Assembly: GCA_963814545.1 (NCBI GenBank)
Contig: CAWFDC010000010.1
Location: 3,786-67,785 of the forward strand
DNA length: 64,000 nucleotides
Direction: 5' to 3'
Source of the DNA: an uncultured Thermoleophilia bacterium
Lineage (GTDB): Bacteria > Actinomycetota > Thermoleophilia > UBA2241
The notes beneath the pieces were generated by a model. It was not told where the DNA came from and made no database searches. It worked only from the letters and a program-made list of their open reading frames with translations. Shown here in pieces: positions 1 to 10,119 of the stretch. The position numbers and the translations under genes were made by a program. Every line of letters begins with the position of its first letter. The stretch's first letter is position 1.

Positions 1-657
1 CCGTGAAGATCAAGAATATAAATTTCATCAAAGCTATTCATTAAACTTTGTCTCATTCCTCTGAAATGTCGGATTATCCAAATAACTATGATTAGTAATA
101 AAACCTAAAACACCTTCACCAAGCTTGATCAATTTTCCATTGAGCAAATCGGATAAACTTAACATAATCATCTTGCAGCCATTTAGGATTTTTTTCTCCA
201 AGTGGTTTTCCATCTACTTGATAATATTCCTTTATTTCATCTGAAATCCAATTTCCTGTATTTGATGAATGACCTGAATACGGTGGATTACCAAGCACAA
301 CAAGATCGGAACATCTTTTTTTACTTTTCCTGCTTCGTGGCTTTCGTGAGATAGTGATGACATTCCAGGAAACTTTGATTCATCAAGTTCCTTCATATCA
401 AGTGTATTAGTAAGATAATACTTTACTCTTTCATCATCTTTCATCTTATAGCCAAGTTCTTCAAGCAGAAAAGAAATTTTCATATGACCGATTGCATACG
501 GAGCCATCATCAATTCAAACGCATAAAAGTTTTGTAATACTGCTCTTTAAGAAAATCTTTTATTGCACCTTCACCATACTTTTCTTTAAACTCATCTAAC
601 AGCAACTTCAATTGCCTGGTACATAAAACCTAAAGTTCCACCAGCAGGATCGAGCAA
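1..657 (-). pseudogene. Internal fragment of an N6-adenine DNA methyltransferase module (type IIG / type ISP restriction-modification family), broken by several frameshifts; both gene ends missing
   Basis: Minus-strand translation gives, in order, LLDPAGGTLGF (SAM motif I-like), NFYAFELMMAPYAIGHMKI, VLGNPPYSG (NPPY catalytic motif), WLQDDYVKFIRFAQW, GFITNHSYLDNPTF and RGMRQSLMNSFDEIYILDLHG. These lie in different frames, with shifts near 600, 540, 300, 120 and 62. The DNA is AT-rich, unlike everything downstream. Confidence 0.7.
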
Positions 658-658
658 C

Positions 659-937
659 TGGCGGACCCGCATCGCCGCCTGGCAGCCGGGCCTGCGCTTC
701 GTGGACGTCCAGGAGCGTGGCCCCTACGCCCTCTGGCACCACACCCACACCTTCGCCGACGTGGACGGGGGCACGCGCGTCGCCGACCGGGTGGAGTACC
801 GGTTGCCCCTGGGCGCGCTCGGAGAGGTCGCGCACCCGCTCATGGTGCGCCGCACGCTGGCGCGCATCTTCGACCACCGGCAGGAGCGGGTCGCGAGCCT
901 TCTCGGCGCGGCGCCCGGCTCCCGGCGCGCCGCCTGA
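659..937 (+). CDS. SRPBCC-fold (cyclase/dehydrase-like) protein, C-terminal fragment; 5' end cut at the block A/B join
   Basis: The frame of ORF 701..937 stays open upstream to ~659. WQPGLRFVDVQERGPYALWHHTHTF...GGTRVADRVEYRLPLGALGE resembles the conserved C-terminal half of this family as I remember it. There is no credible start context. Confidence 0.55.
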   Translation, partial: WRTRIAAWQPGLRFVDVQERGPYALWHHTHTFADVDGGTRVADRVEYRLPLGALGEVAHPLMVRRTLARIFDHRQERVASLLGAAPGSRRAA

Positions 938-962
938 CGGCTGCCGGATCCGGGCCGCGAAT

Positions 963-2342
<1,380 letters not shown>

Positions 2343-3341
2343 TCATCGACGGGACCGGCCCGGGGTCCGGCGCTCCAGCGCCTGGGTGGCGTATTCCAGG
2401 TCGACCGCGAAGCCGATGGCGGGACCGGGACGGCCGAACCGGGCCAGCAGACCGTCGTAGCGGCCGCCCGAGGCGACCGCGCTGCCGGCGCCCGGCGCGT
2501 ACCCGGCGAAGGTGATGCCGGTGTAGTACCCGAGCCCCCGGACCTCGCCGAGATCCACCTCGACCTCGCGCACGCCCCGCCGGCGCGCCAGGCGCAGCCC
2601 GGCTTCCAGCTCGGCGAGCGGCCCGGCCGCCCCCGGCACGCCCCTGGCCATGGATCGGGCCCGCGAGAGGGCCCCCTCGCCGTAGAGGGTGGCGAGGGAG
2701 GGCAGCACCTTGCGGGCGATGAGCGAGCCCCTGGCCCGCCCGGCCAGGCGGGAGAGCGACCCCTGGTCCTTGCGGGAGAGGGCCTCCTCGGCCTCGGCGC
2801 GTGCGGCGCCCCGGAGCCCGGCCGCATCGAGCACCGCGCCGGCGAAGCGCGCGTGCCCCACCTCGAGCACCGCGGCGTCGAGCCCCACCCGGTCGAGCGC
2901 CTTGCGCAGGATCGCGAGCGCCTCGGCGTCGGCCGACGGTCCGCCCGCTCCCAGGAGCTCGACCCCGGCCTGGTAGACCTCGCGGGGCCTCCCGGCGCGG
3001 GCCTCGCGGGCCCGCAGCACCGGCCCGTCGTAGCAGAGCCGCGCCGGGTCGGGCAGGGCGTCGGGGCGCGCCGCGTAGAGCCTCACGATCTGCGGCGTGA
3101 TGTCGGGCCGGATGGCCACCACCTCGCCCGAGCCGGGCTCGACGAACTTCAGCACCTGCGCGAGCGCCGCGGGCGAGAGCCCCCGCTCCACCACCTCGAG
3201 CCGCTCCAGCGTGGGGAGGAGCAGGCGACGGTAGCGGAAGGACGCGAAGACCTCGTGCAGCCGCGCCGACAGGTCGGCCAGGTGCGCCGAGTGGTCGGGG
3301 GTGAGATCGCGGAGGCCGAGAGGGAGCGAGAGGTCGAGCAT
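2343..3341 (-). CDS. hisZ: ATP phosphoribosyltransferase regulatory subunit (HisRS-like)
   Basis: 332 aa with class II aaRS-like core motifs (RPDITPQI, YQAGVELLG, GGRYDGLL, GPAIGFAVDL) and no anticodon-binding domain. It lies directly upstream of purA. Confidence 0.85.
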   Translation of the reverse strand: MLDLSLPLGLRDLTPDHSAHLADLSARLHEVFASFRYRRLLLPTLERLEVVERGLSPAALAQVLKFVEPGSGEVVAIRPDITPQIVRLYAARPDALPDPARLCYDGPVLRAREARAGRPREVYQAGVELLGAGGPSADAEALAILRKALDRVGLDAAVLEVGHARFAGAVLDAAGLRGAARAEAEEALSRKDQGSLSRLAGRARGSLIARKVLPSLATLYGEGALSRARSMARGVPGAAGPLAELEAGLRLARRRGVREVEVDLGEVRGLGYYTGITFAGYAPGAGSAVASGGRYDGLLARFGRPGPAIGFAVDLEYATQALERRTPGRSRR

Positions 3342-3351
3342 GACCCCGACT

Positions 3352-4938
3352 CTACAGCCGGATGCGCCGGACGTCGCGGACGTGCGGCAGGGCCCGGAGC
3401 GCGTCGAGCACCTCCGGCTTCGGCTCGGAGTCCACGTTGAGGAGGGACGCGGCCTCGGCCCCGGCGACGTCGCGGGAGAGCGAGATGCCGGCGATGTTCA
3501 CGCCCGCCTTGCCCAGCGCGGTCCCCACGTTCCCGACCACGCCCGGGGAGTCGTCGTTCACGCAGAGGATGATGTGACCCTCCGGGACGGCCTCGAGGTG
3601 GAACTGGTTCACCCGGACGATGCGGGCGTCGCGGTGCCCGAAGACCGTCCCCGCCACCGCCGCCTCCCCGCCCGCCCCGCCCACGGACACCGTCACCAGG
3701 CTGGCGTAGTCCTGGGACCCTGCCGCGCGCTCCTCCAGCACCGCGATCCCCCGATCGCGGGCGATGCCCGGCGCGCTCACCTCGTTCACCGGCGCGGTCT
3801 CCACCGTGGAGAGCAGCCCCTTCAGCACGGCGGACGTGAGGAGCCGCTGCGGGGCGTCGGCCACCTCGCCGGCGAAGGTCACCCGCACCTCGCGCACCCC
3901 GGCGGGGGCGATCTGCCCGACCAGCGAACCGAGCTTCTCGCAGAGCCTCAGGTAGGGGCCGAAGCGCTCCCGGGCCTCCTTCGACATCGAGGGGACGTTG
4001 ACGGCGTTCCGCACCTCGCCCCGCGTCAGGTACGCGGCGAGCTGCTCGGCGATCCCCACCGCGACGGCGGCCTGGGCCTCCTCGGTGGAGGCGCCCAGGT
4101 GCGGGGTGCAGATGAAGCGGTCCTGGGCGAGGAGCGGGTTGTCCGGGGAGACCGGCTCCTTCTCGAACACGTCGAGGGCCGCGCCCCCGACGTGCCCCGA
4201 GGCGAGCGCGTCGGCGAGCGCCTTCTCGTCCACCAGGCCTCCGCGGGCGCAGTTGACGAGGAGGACCCCCTTCTTCATGCGGGCCAGGGTGGCGGCGTTC
4301 ACGACGTTGCGGGTCTGCTCGGTGAGCGGCACGTGGAGCGAGACCACGTCGGCGCGGGCCCAGAGCTCGTCGAGGGTCACGAGCTCCACGCCGAGTTGTT
4401 CTGCGGCCTCGGCGGAGATGAAGGGGTCGTAGGCCACCACGCTCATCTTCATCGACCGGGCCCGGTCCACCACCACCGACCCGATGTTCCCGATGCCGAC
4501 CACCCCCAGGGTCTTCCCCGAGAGCTCGTGCCCCTGGAAGCGCTTCTTCTCCCACTTGCCGGCCTTGATCGAGACGGTGGCCTGGGAGATGTGCCGCGAG
4601 AGCGCGAGCATCATGCCGACGGCGAGCTCGGCCACGGTGACCGAGGACCCTCCCGGCGAGTTCATCACCACCACGCCCCGGCGGGTGGCCGCGTCCAGGT
4701 CCACGTTGTCGATCCCGACCCCGGCCCGACCCACCACGCGCAGGCGGGAGGCCTTCTCGAGCACGCGGGCCGTCACCTTGGTGGCGCTGCGGACCGCGAT
4801 GGCGTCGTAGTCGCCGATGGCCGCCTCGAGCTCCTCCGGCTTCATCCCGACCCGGACGTCCACCTCCAGGCCGGCGCGGCGCAGGACCTCGACCCCCTCG
4901 GAGGAGAGGTCGTCGGCGACGAGGACGCGGTGGGCCAT
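3352..4938 (-). CDS. serA: D-3-phosphoglycerate dehydrogenase
   Basis: 528 aa with the D-2-hydroxyacid dehydrogenase NAD-binding motif GVVGIGNIG and a catalytic region (NCARGGLVDE, TPHLGAST). The long C-terminal extension is typical of the ACT-containing long form. Confidence 0.95.
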   Translation of the reverse strand: MAHRVLVADDLSSEGVEVLRRAGLEVDVRVGMKPEELEAAIGDYDAIAVRSATKVTARVLEKASRLRVVGRAGVGIDNVDLDAATRRGVVVMNSPGGSSVTVAELAVGMMLALSRHISQATVSIKAGKWEKKRFQGHELSGKTLGVVGIGNIGSVVVDRARSMKMSVVAYDPFISAEAAEQLGVELVTLDELWARADVVSLHVPLTEQTRNVVNAATLARMKKGVLLVNCARGGLVDEKALADALASGHVGGAALDVFEKEPVSPDNPLLAQDRFICTPHLGASTEEAQAAVAVGIAEQLAAYLTRGEVRNAVNVPSMSKEARERFGPYLRLCEKLGSLVGQIAPAGVREVRVTFAGEVADAPQRLLTSAVLKGLLSTVETAPVNEVSAPGIARDRGIAVLEERAAGSQDYASLVTVSVGGAGGEAAVAGTVFGHRDARIVRVNQFHLEAVPEGHIILCVNDDSPGVVGNVGTALGKAGVNIAGISLSRDVAGAEAASLLNVDSEPKPEVLDALRALPHVRDVRRIRL

Positions 4939-4998
4939 GTGTTCTCCGGGACGGCGGCAGCGGGTGGACTCCCCGCTTAACGGCGCTCCGGGGGTGCG

Positions 4999-5676
4999 TC
5001 AACGTGCCGGCGCTGGACTCCCGGGCGGGAGGATCGCGCCCAGCGCCGCCGCCACCACCTGGCGCTTCATCCGTTCCAGGTCTTCCTCGCTGGGCTGGGG
5101 CGCCGTGAGCAGCCCGGTCAGCATGCCGGCCAGGTTCATGTCGAGCACGCCGAGCACGCTCGCCGCGGCCACCAGCGGCTCGAGGTCGGTGCGTAGGTCG
5201 CCCTCCCGCTGCCCGCGCTGCACCATCTCGGCGATGAGCCGCATGGCCGTCTCGAAGGTCTGGCGGGTGCTGCCGGCGCGTACGACGTCGGGCGACCGGG
5301 GAACCTCGAGGATGAGGACCCGGACCGCGGCGGGCGCGGTGCGGAAGACGTCCATGGCGAAGCGGATCACCGAGGCGATCTGCTCGGGAGCGCTGCCCGG
5401 ACCGTCGGCGATGGAGCGGATGGCGCCGAGGAAGATCCGCCATTGCTCGTCGAAGACACTCTCGAGCAACTCGTCCTTGTTCCGGAAGTAGTGGTAGACG
5501 AGGCCGTAGGCGACGCCGGCCTCGCTGGCCACGTCGGCGATGCGGCAGCCGTGGTACCCCCGCTCGGCGAAGACCTTGAGCGCGGCGTGGAGGATGGCGC
5601 GCCTCTTCTCCGGCTCCCCCTCGACGGGAGTGGCTGGGTGCGGCGCTTCGGTGCTTTTTCGCTGGCGTGCCACCAT
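4999..5676 (-). CDS. TetR/AcrR family transcriptional regulator
   Basis: Start chosen at ATG 5674-5676 (MVARQRK...) inside the long shadow ORF 4999..7659. The HTH region is RRAILHAALKVFAERGYHGCRIADVASEAGVAYGLVYHYFRNKDEL. Product is 225 aa. Confidence 0.9.
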   Translation of the reverse strand: MVARQRKSTEAPHPATPVEGEPEKRRAILHAALKVFAERGYHGCRIADVASEAGVAYGLVYHYFRNKDELLESVFDEQWRIFLGAIRSIADGPGSAPEQIASVIRFAMDVFRTAPAAVRVLILEVPRSPDVVRAGSTRQTFETAMRLIAEMVQRGQREGDLRTDLEPLVAAASVLGVLDMNLAGMLTGLLTAPQPSEEDLERMKRQVVAAALGAILPPGSPAPAR

Positions 5677-5738
5677 TGACTCCCGAGTCAACCGCAGGCT
5701 ACGCGCCCTCCCGGGGACAGTCAAACGGCCCGTAGGGG

Positions 5739-8315
5739 CTACGGGACCAGCGTCATGCCGGTGATGGCGGAGAGGTCGAGCCCTGCCGTCACGCCGTAGT
5801 AACCGCACTGGGAGACCTGCACCCGCACCAGGCCCCGCCAGCAGTTGCAGGGCGAGTTCCAGGAGGCGGTGACGGTGTTCTGCTGCATGGAGGGGCCCAC
5901 CGGGACGGGCGCGCCGCCGCTGCAGGGCGTGGCGTAGACGGTCCGCACGGAGAAGAGCGTGTCCCACTGGACGTCGAGGCCGCCGGCCACGTGGATCTTC
6001 AAGCCGGCGGTCCCCTGCCCGAAGGTCTGGAAGGGCACCGGGCGAGGGTCGAAGAGGGGGTCGAGCCCGGCCCTGAGCGTCGCCGAGGACGCCGAGGAGA
6101 TCGCCAGGAAGCCCAGCGTGAGCCGGTCGCCGCGGGAATCCGCGGCGGCGAGGTCGAGGCGGATCTCGGTGAAGTGGTCCAGGAACCCCGCGTCGAGGGA
6201 GCCCCAGGTCCCGGCTGCCGGCGCCGCGCCGAAGGCGAGGAACCGGGCCAGCACGAGCCCCTGCACCGGCCCCCACTCGGCGGCTCCCCGGACGAAGGAC
6301 TCGCCCAGCCGCCCGGTGGACAGGTCGAGGTCCTGCCCGACGTCGAGGTCGATCCGGGTCACGCTGGGCATGCCCTTCCCGGGGGCGACGAGCCGGTTGC
6401 GCAGCGAGATGCGCATCTGCTGGAAGCCGCCGGGCAAGGTGGCGGAGAGGGTCCGCAGCGGCAGGCAGGCGCCGGTGAGGCCGGACGGCGGAGCGAGGCA
6501 GGGAGCGCCGGGGAGGACGGGGGCTGCGTCCCGCTCGTCGTAGGCATAGGCGGGGAGCGGCGTGCCGCCGATGCCGGTGGATCCCCGCCACTCGACGCGC
6601 GGCTCGATGACGTGACGGAGGGTGTCGGGGCCGGCGCCGAAGGTGCGGGAGATGGAGGTTCCCAGGATGGCCCCGCCGCTCACCCACCCGCTCGCCAGGG
6701 CGGGCTGTGCGTCGGCGCCGAAGAGGTAGGCCGCGCCGTTCCCGGCCACCCACGGCTCGAGCAGGGCGACGCCCCCGAGGGAAAGGGGGGCGCGGAGCTC
6801 GGCGCGGGTCCAGGCCCGTGAGGCCGAGAGGCGCTGCCCGGCGACCCATGTGTCGCCCGGCGGCGGCGCCGGCCCCAGCCAGCCGCGCTGGCCGGGGCCG
6901 ATCCCGTTCACGCTCTGGTCGGTGATCCCGGAGAGGGGCGCGAAGCGGGCGATCCCTGCCTGGGCCGAGACCGCGAGCGGCCCCGCCACCTGGACCGGCA
7001 GCAGCGTCGCCGAGACGGCGGGGAGCCGGTGGAAGGAGGGCACGCTCCCGCCCAGGAAGCCGAAGGGGACGAGCGGGATCACCGGCTGGCCGGGAGGGCT
7101 CGCCTGGCCCAGGGTCCCGATCTGCTCGACGTAGGTCAGGTCCCCCTCGAGCAGCAGGTGGGGGAATGCGTACCCGGCCGCCAGCGAAGACCGGTAGTAG
7201 GGGGCGTCGCGCTGGAGGATGTCGCCCACGAAGTCCTGGGACCAGGCCGGGTCGCCGACCAGGAAGGCCTCGGCGTTCACGAAGCTCCCCGGGGACGGAC
7301 GCGCCTGGCTGCGCAGCGCGATCCCGGAGCGGACCCCGCTCTCCGGCTTCCAGCGATACGCCAGGGTGTCGTGCTGGAGGAGGAGCTTCGCCTCGCCCTT
7401 CACTCCGGGCAAAGGGGCCCAGCGGTACTCGATCGCGCCGCCCGCACCGCGCACCCCCGGGTTCTGCCCCTCGGCGATCCGGGAGTCCACCGTGGACCGG
7501 GACGGGCCGAAGGCGTAACCGGCGGTGAAGGTGAGGTCGTGGCTCTCCCCCAGGGTCAGGAAGAAGGGCTGGGCCAGCCACCAGCCGGTGCGCGAGCCGA
7601 CGTCCACCGTGGGAAAGAGGAAGCCGGTCTGCCGCCCGGAGAGCGGCACCTGCAGCCACGGGAGCGGCAGGACCGGGATGGGCTCGTCGATGAAGAGGAA
7701 GCGCGGGGTGACGTAGACGATCGGCCAGGTCAGGGTGGCGGTCTTCCCGGGCTCGATCTCGGCGCGCGCGGCCCGGATCTCCCAGGAGGGCGCCCCGCCG
7801 CAGCAGTCGCAGAGCGTGAGCCGGACCCCCTCGACCGAGAGGCGGGAGGGCGCGTCGCCGCCGGGAACCGCTCCCTCGGCCCGGTCGGCCCGCACCGAGA
7901 GGCGATTCCGGCCGTCCGTCCCGGCCTCGGCGATGGTGTCGTGGCGGGAGAGGTCGAGCGGCGTGTCCTTGTAGAAGGCCAGGACGCCGCGGGCCTCCCA
8001 GGCGCCGTCCAGGACCGCGTGGATTCCCTCGGCCGCGACCACCCTCCCCGGCCCGGTGAGGAGCACGTCGCCGGTGGCGTCCACCTCGCCGGTGCGCGGG
8101 TCGTAGCTGGCGGTCCGGGCGCGCAGCAGGACCGCCCCGCGGCGGAGCCGGACGCCGCCCTCGAGGAGGAATCGCTCGCGGGCCGCGTCGTAGGTGACGA
8201 GGTCGGCCTCGACCTCCACCGGTCCGCCCGGACCGGGGAGCGAGGCCGTGGCGCTCCGGGCCGCGCCCGGGAGGAGGAGCAGCAGCCCGGCGAGAAGAGC
8301 GAGCGGCCGCGTCAC
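5739..8315 (-). CDS. lptD: LPS-assembly outer-membrane protein LptD (OstA family)
   Basis: 858 aa with a signal peptide. The N-terminal OstA-like region reads VEVEADLVTYDAARERFLLEGGVRLRRGAVLLRARTASYDPRTGEVDATGDVLL. The long Gly/Tyr/aromatic-rich remainder is compatible with a beta-barrel. Confidence 0.8.
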   Translation of the reverse strand: MTRPLALLAGLLLLLPGAARSATASLPGPGGPVEVEADLVTYDAARERFLLEGGVRLRRGAVLLRARTASYDPRTGEVDATGDVLLTGPGRVVAAEGIHAVLDGAWEARGVLAFYKDTPLDLSRHDTIAEAGTDGRNRLSVRADRAEGAVPGGDAPSRLSVEGVRLTLCDCCGGAPSWEIRAARAEIEPGKTATLTWPIVYVTPRFLFIDEPIPVLPLPWLQVPLSGRQTGFLFPTVDVGSRTGWWLAQPFFLTLGESHDLTFTAGYAFGPSRSTVDSRIAEGQNPGVRGAGGAIEYRWAPLPGVKGEAKLLLQHDTLAYRWKPESGVRSGIALRSQARPSPGSFVNAEAFLVGDPAWSQDFVGDILQRDAPYYRSSLAAGYAFPHLLLEGDLTYVEQIGTLGQASPPGQPVIPLVPFGFLGGSVPSFHRLPAVSATLLPVQVAGPLAVSAQAGIARFAPLSGITDQSVNGIGPGQRGWLGPAPPPGDTWVAGQRLSASRAWTRAELRAPLSLGGVALLEPWVAGNGAAYLFGADAQPALASGWVSGGAILGTSISRTFGAGPDTLRHVIEPRVEWRGSTGIGGTPLPAYAYDERDAAPVLPGAPCLAPPSGLTGACLPLRTLSATLPGGFQQMRISLRNRLVAPGKGMPSVTRIDLDVGQDLDLSTGRLGESFVRGAAEWGPVQGLVLARFLAFGAAPAAGTWGSLDAGFLDHFTEIRLDLAAADSRGDRLTLGFLAISSASSATLRAGLDPLFDPRPVPFQTFGQGTAGLKIHVAGGLDVQWDTLFSVRTVYATPCSGGAPVPVGPSMQQNTVTASWNSPCNCWRGLVRVQVSQCGYYGVTAGLDLSAITGMTLVP

Positions 8316-8318
8316 CCG

Positions 8319-9596
8319 CTACTTGCCCGGCTTGGCCGGGATGGCTGCCTTCGCCGGCGCCGGGGGCGTCGGGGGCGCTGCCGGCCGGTCGAAGTCGAGG
8401 GACAGCGTCGTCCCCTCGATCCGCTGCTGCCAGGCCACGCGCTCGCGGAGCCGGATCTCGAGGACGTAGCTCTTGCCCTGCCGGACCGGGGTGACCTTCG
8501 CCACCGCCGTCGGGAAGAAGGAGGTGTCGAGGGCCTTGAGGTCGTTCTGGAGCGGGACCCGCGTGTTCGGGAACTCGACCCGGACGAGCTTCTCCTGGGG
8601 CTCGGAGACGCTGAACTTCGGGGCCGAGCGGAGGCGGATGAAGACCCGGGACCCGGTCGCGGTCTGCTTGAAGCCGAGGAACTCGACCTCGTTGCGCTCG
8701 GCTGCGACGGGCGCCGGCTTGGCGGCGGGCGTCGGCGTCGTGGCGGCCGGAGCCTGTGCCGGAGCCGGCTTCGGTACGGATGCGACGGCAGCGGCCCTGG
8801 CGGCGGCCTCCTTCGCGTCGGCGGCGGCCCTGGCTTCCGCCGCGGCTCGTGCGTCGGCAGCGGCCCTGGCCTCGGCTGCGGCGCGGACCTCCGCAGCGGC
8901 CTTCGCGTCGGCGACGGCTCGCGCCTCCGCGGCCGCCCTGGCGTCGGCAGCGGCCCTGGCTTCCGCCGCGGCCTGCGCCTCCCTGGCCGCCTCGGCCTCC
9001 GCGGCAGCCTTGGCCTCCGCGGCAGCCTCGGCCTCCGCAGCGGCAGCGGTCGCCGCGACGGCAGCGGGAGCGGCCGCAGGCGCCGCAGCGGGAGGCGGCG
9101 CCGCAGGAGCGGGCGGTGGCGCCGCGGCGACCGCCGGTGCAGGCGCGGCGCAGGCGCGGGGGCGCGGAGCCGGAGGCGGGGGAGCCTGTGCGGCGGCGAC
9201 CATGGTCCCGGCCGAGGGCAGCACGCGGAGGACGATCCGGTTTCCGGAGACCACCACGTCGGGCGGTTCGACGACGCTGGCGAACGTGACGGTGATGCGC
9301 GCCGTGGCGTGCGTTCCTTCACCGAAGGAGATGGCGTTCACCTCCTTCACCTGGCCGACGCCCGGCACCTTCCTCCTCGCCCCGTCCAGCCCGGCCTCCG
9401 AGACGTCGACCACGAAGCGTGGGGGATTGACGAGCGAAAAAGTCGTGAACGACGGGGCCTTTGAGGCTCCGATGGTCACCTCGGCGACGCCGCCCTTCTC
9501 GGCGACCTCGATGGCGGTGATGCCGTTGATGCCGGTGGCGAACGCCGCGGCAGGAACGAGGATGAGTGCAGCGGAGAGTAGCGTGGACTTGCGCAT
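8319..9596 (-). CDS. Secreted protein with two AMIN-like domains separated by an Ala/Glu/Arg-rich repeat
   Basis: Start set at ATG 9594-9596 (MRKSTLLSAALILVPAAAFA signal peptide). The N-terminal (ITAIEVAEKGGVAEVTIGASK...RFVVDV) and C-terminal (VEFLGFKQTATGSRVFIRL...LVRVEFPNTRV...LSLDF) segments resemble AMIN domains of PilQ/AmiC. Confidence 0.7.
   Translation of the reverse strand: MRKSTLLSAALILVPAAAFATGINGITAIEVAEKGGVAEVTIGASKAPSFTTFSLVNPPRFVVDVSEAGLDGARRKVPGVGQVKEVNAISFGEGTHATARITVTFASVVEPPDVVVSGNRIVLRVLPSAGTMVAAAQAPPPPAPRPRACAAPAPAVAAAPPPAPAAPPPAAAPAAAPAAVAATAAAAEAEAAAEAKAAAEAEAAREAQAAAEARAAADARAAAEARAVADAKAAAEVRAAAEARAAADARAAAEARAAADAKEAAARAAAVASVPKPAPAQAPAATTPTPAAKPAPVAAERNEVEFLGFKQTATGSRVFIRLRSAPKFSVSEPQEKLVRVEFPNTRVPLQNDLKALDTSFFPTAVAKVTPVRQGKSYVLEIRLRERVAWQQRIEGTTLSLDFDRPAAPPTPPAPAKAAIPAKPGK
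8787..9044 (-). repeat. In-frame Ala-rich coding repeat (about 11-residue period, AAEARAAADAR-like) inside the AMIN-domain gene
   Basis: The translation reads AAEAEAAAEAKAAAEAEAAREAQAAAEARAAADARAAAEARAVADAKAAAEVRAAAEARAAADARAAAEARAAADAKEAAARAAA. The underlying DNA shows repeated gcggc.gcc.tggc units. Confidence 0.8.
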
Positions 9597-9669
9597 GGAG
9601 CGCTCCCGTCGGGCGTTTGCGGGAAGATAGCACGCACCCAGCAGGGACCCACAAAGGAGAAGCGGAGGC

Positions 9670-10119
9670 CTACATCTCCTCACCCGCGAGCCGCTGCCGC
9701 GCCTCGCCGACCAGGTAGAGGGAGCCGGCCACGCAGACCAGCGCCCCGTCCAGGGCCGCCGTGCGCGCGCAGGCGAGCGCCTCCGGGAGCGAGACGTGGA
9801 CGTCGGCATCGGCGCCGAGCGCCCGGGCCACCTGGACGTAGCTGCCGGGGTTCCGGGCCCGCGGCGAGTCGGGGGCGACAAGGTGGAGGCGGCGGGCTGC
9901 CGGGGCGAGCGCCGAGATTATTCCCTCGTGGTCCTTGTCGGACAGGACCCCGAACACCAGTTCCACGGGGCGCGACGGGTGGAGCACCGGAAGCGCCGCA
10001 GCCAGCGCCGACGCGCCGTCCGGGTTGTGCGCGCCGTCGAGCAGCACGCCGCCCACCTCCTCCATGCGCCCCGGCCAGCGCGCCGATGCGATGCCGGATC
10101 GGATCTCCTCCTCACCCAC
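9670..10119 (-). CDS. folC: Folylpolyglutamate synthase/dihydrofolate synthase, C-terminal domain only (5' part missing at the block B/C join)
   Basis: RWPGRMEEVGGVLLDGAHNPDGASALAAAL...VFGVLSDKD...VCVAGSLYLVGEA is the Mur-ligase C-terminal domain. The ATP-binding and central domains are absent, and the listed start is only a GTG at the edge. Confidence 0.8.
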   Translation of the reverse strand: MGEEEIRSGIASARWPGRMEEVGGVLLDGAHNPDGASALAAALPVLHPSRPVELVFGVLSDKDHEGIISALAPAARRLHLVAPDSPRARNPGSYVQVARALGADADVHVSLPEALACARTAALDGALVCVAGSLYLVGEARQRLAGEEM

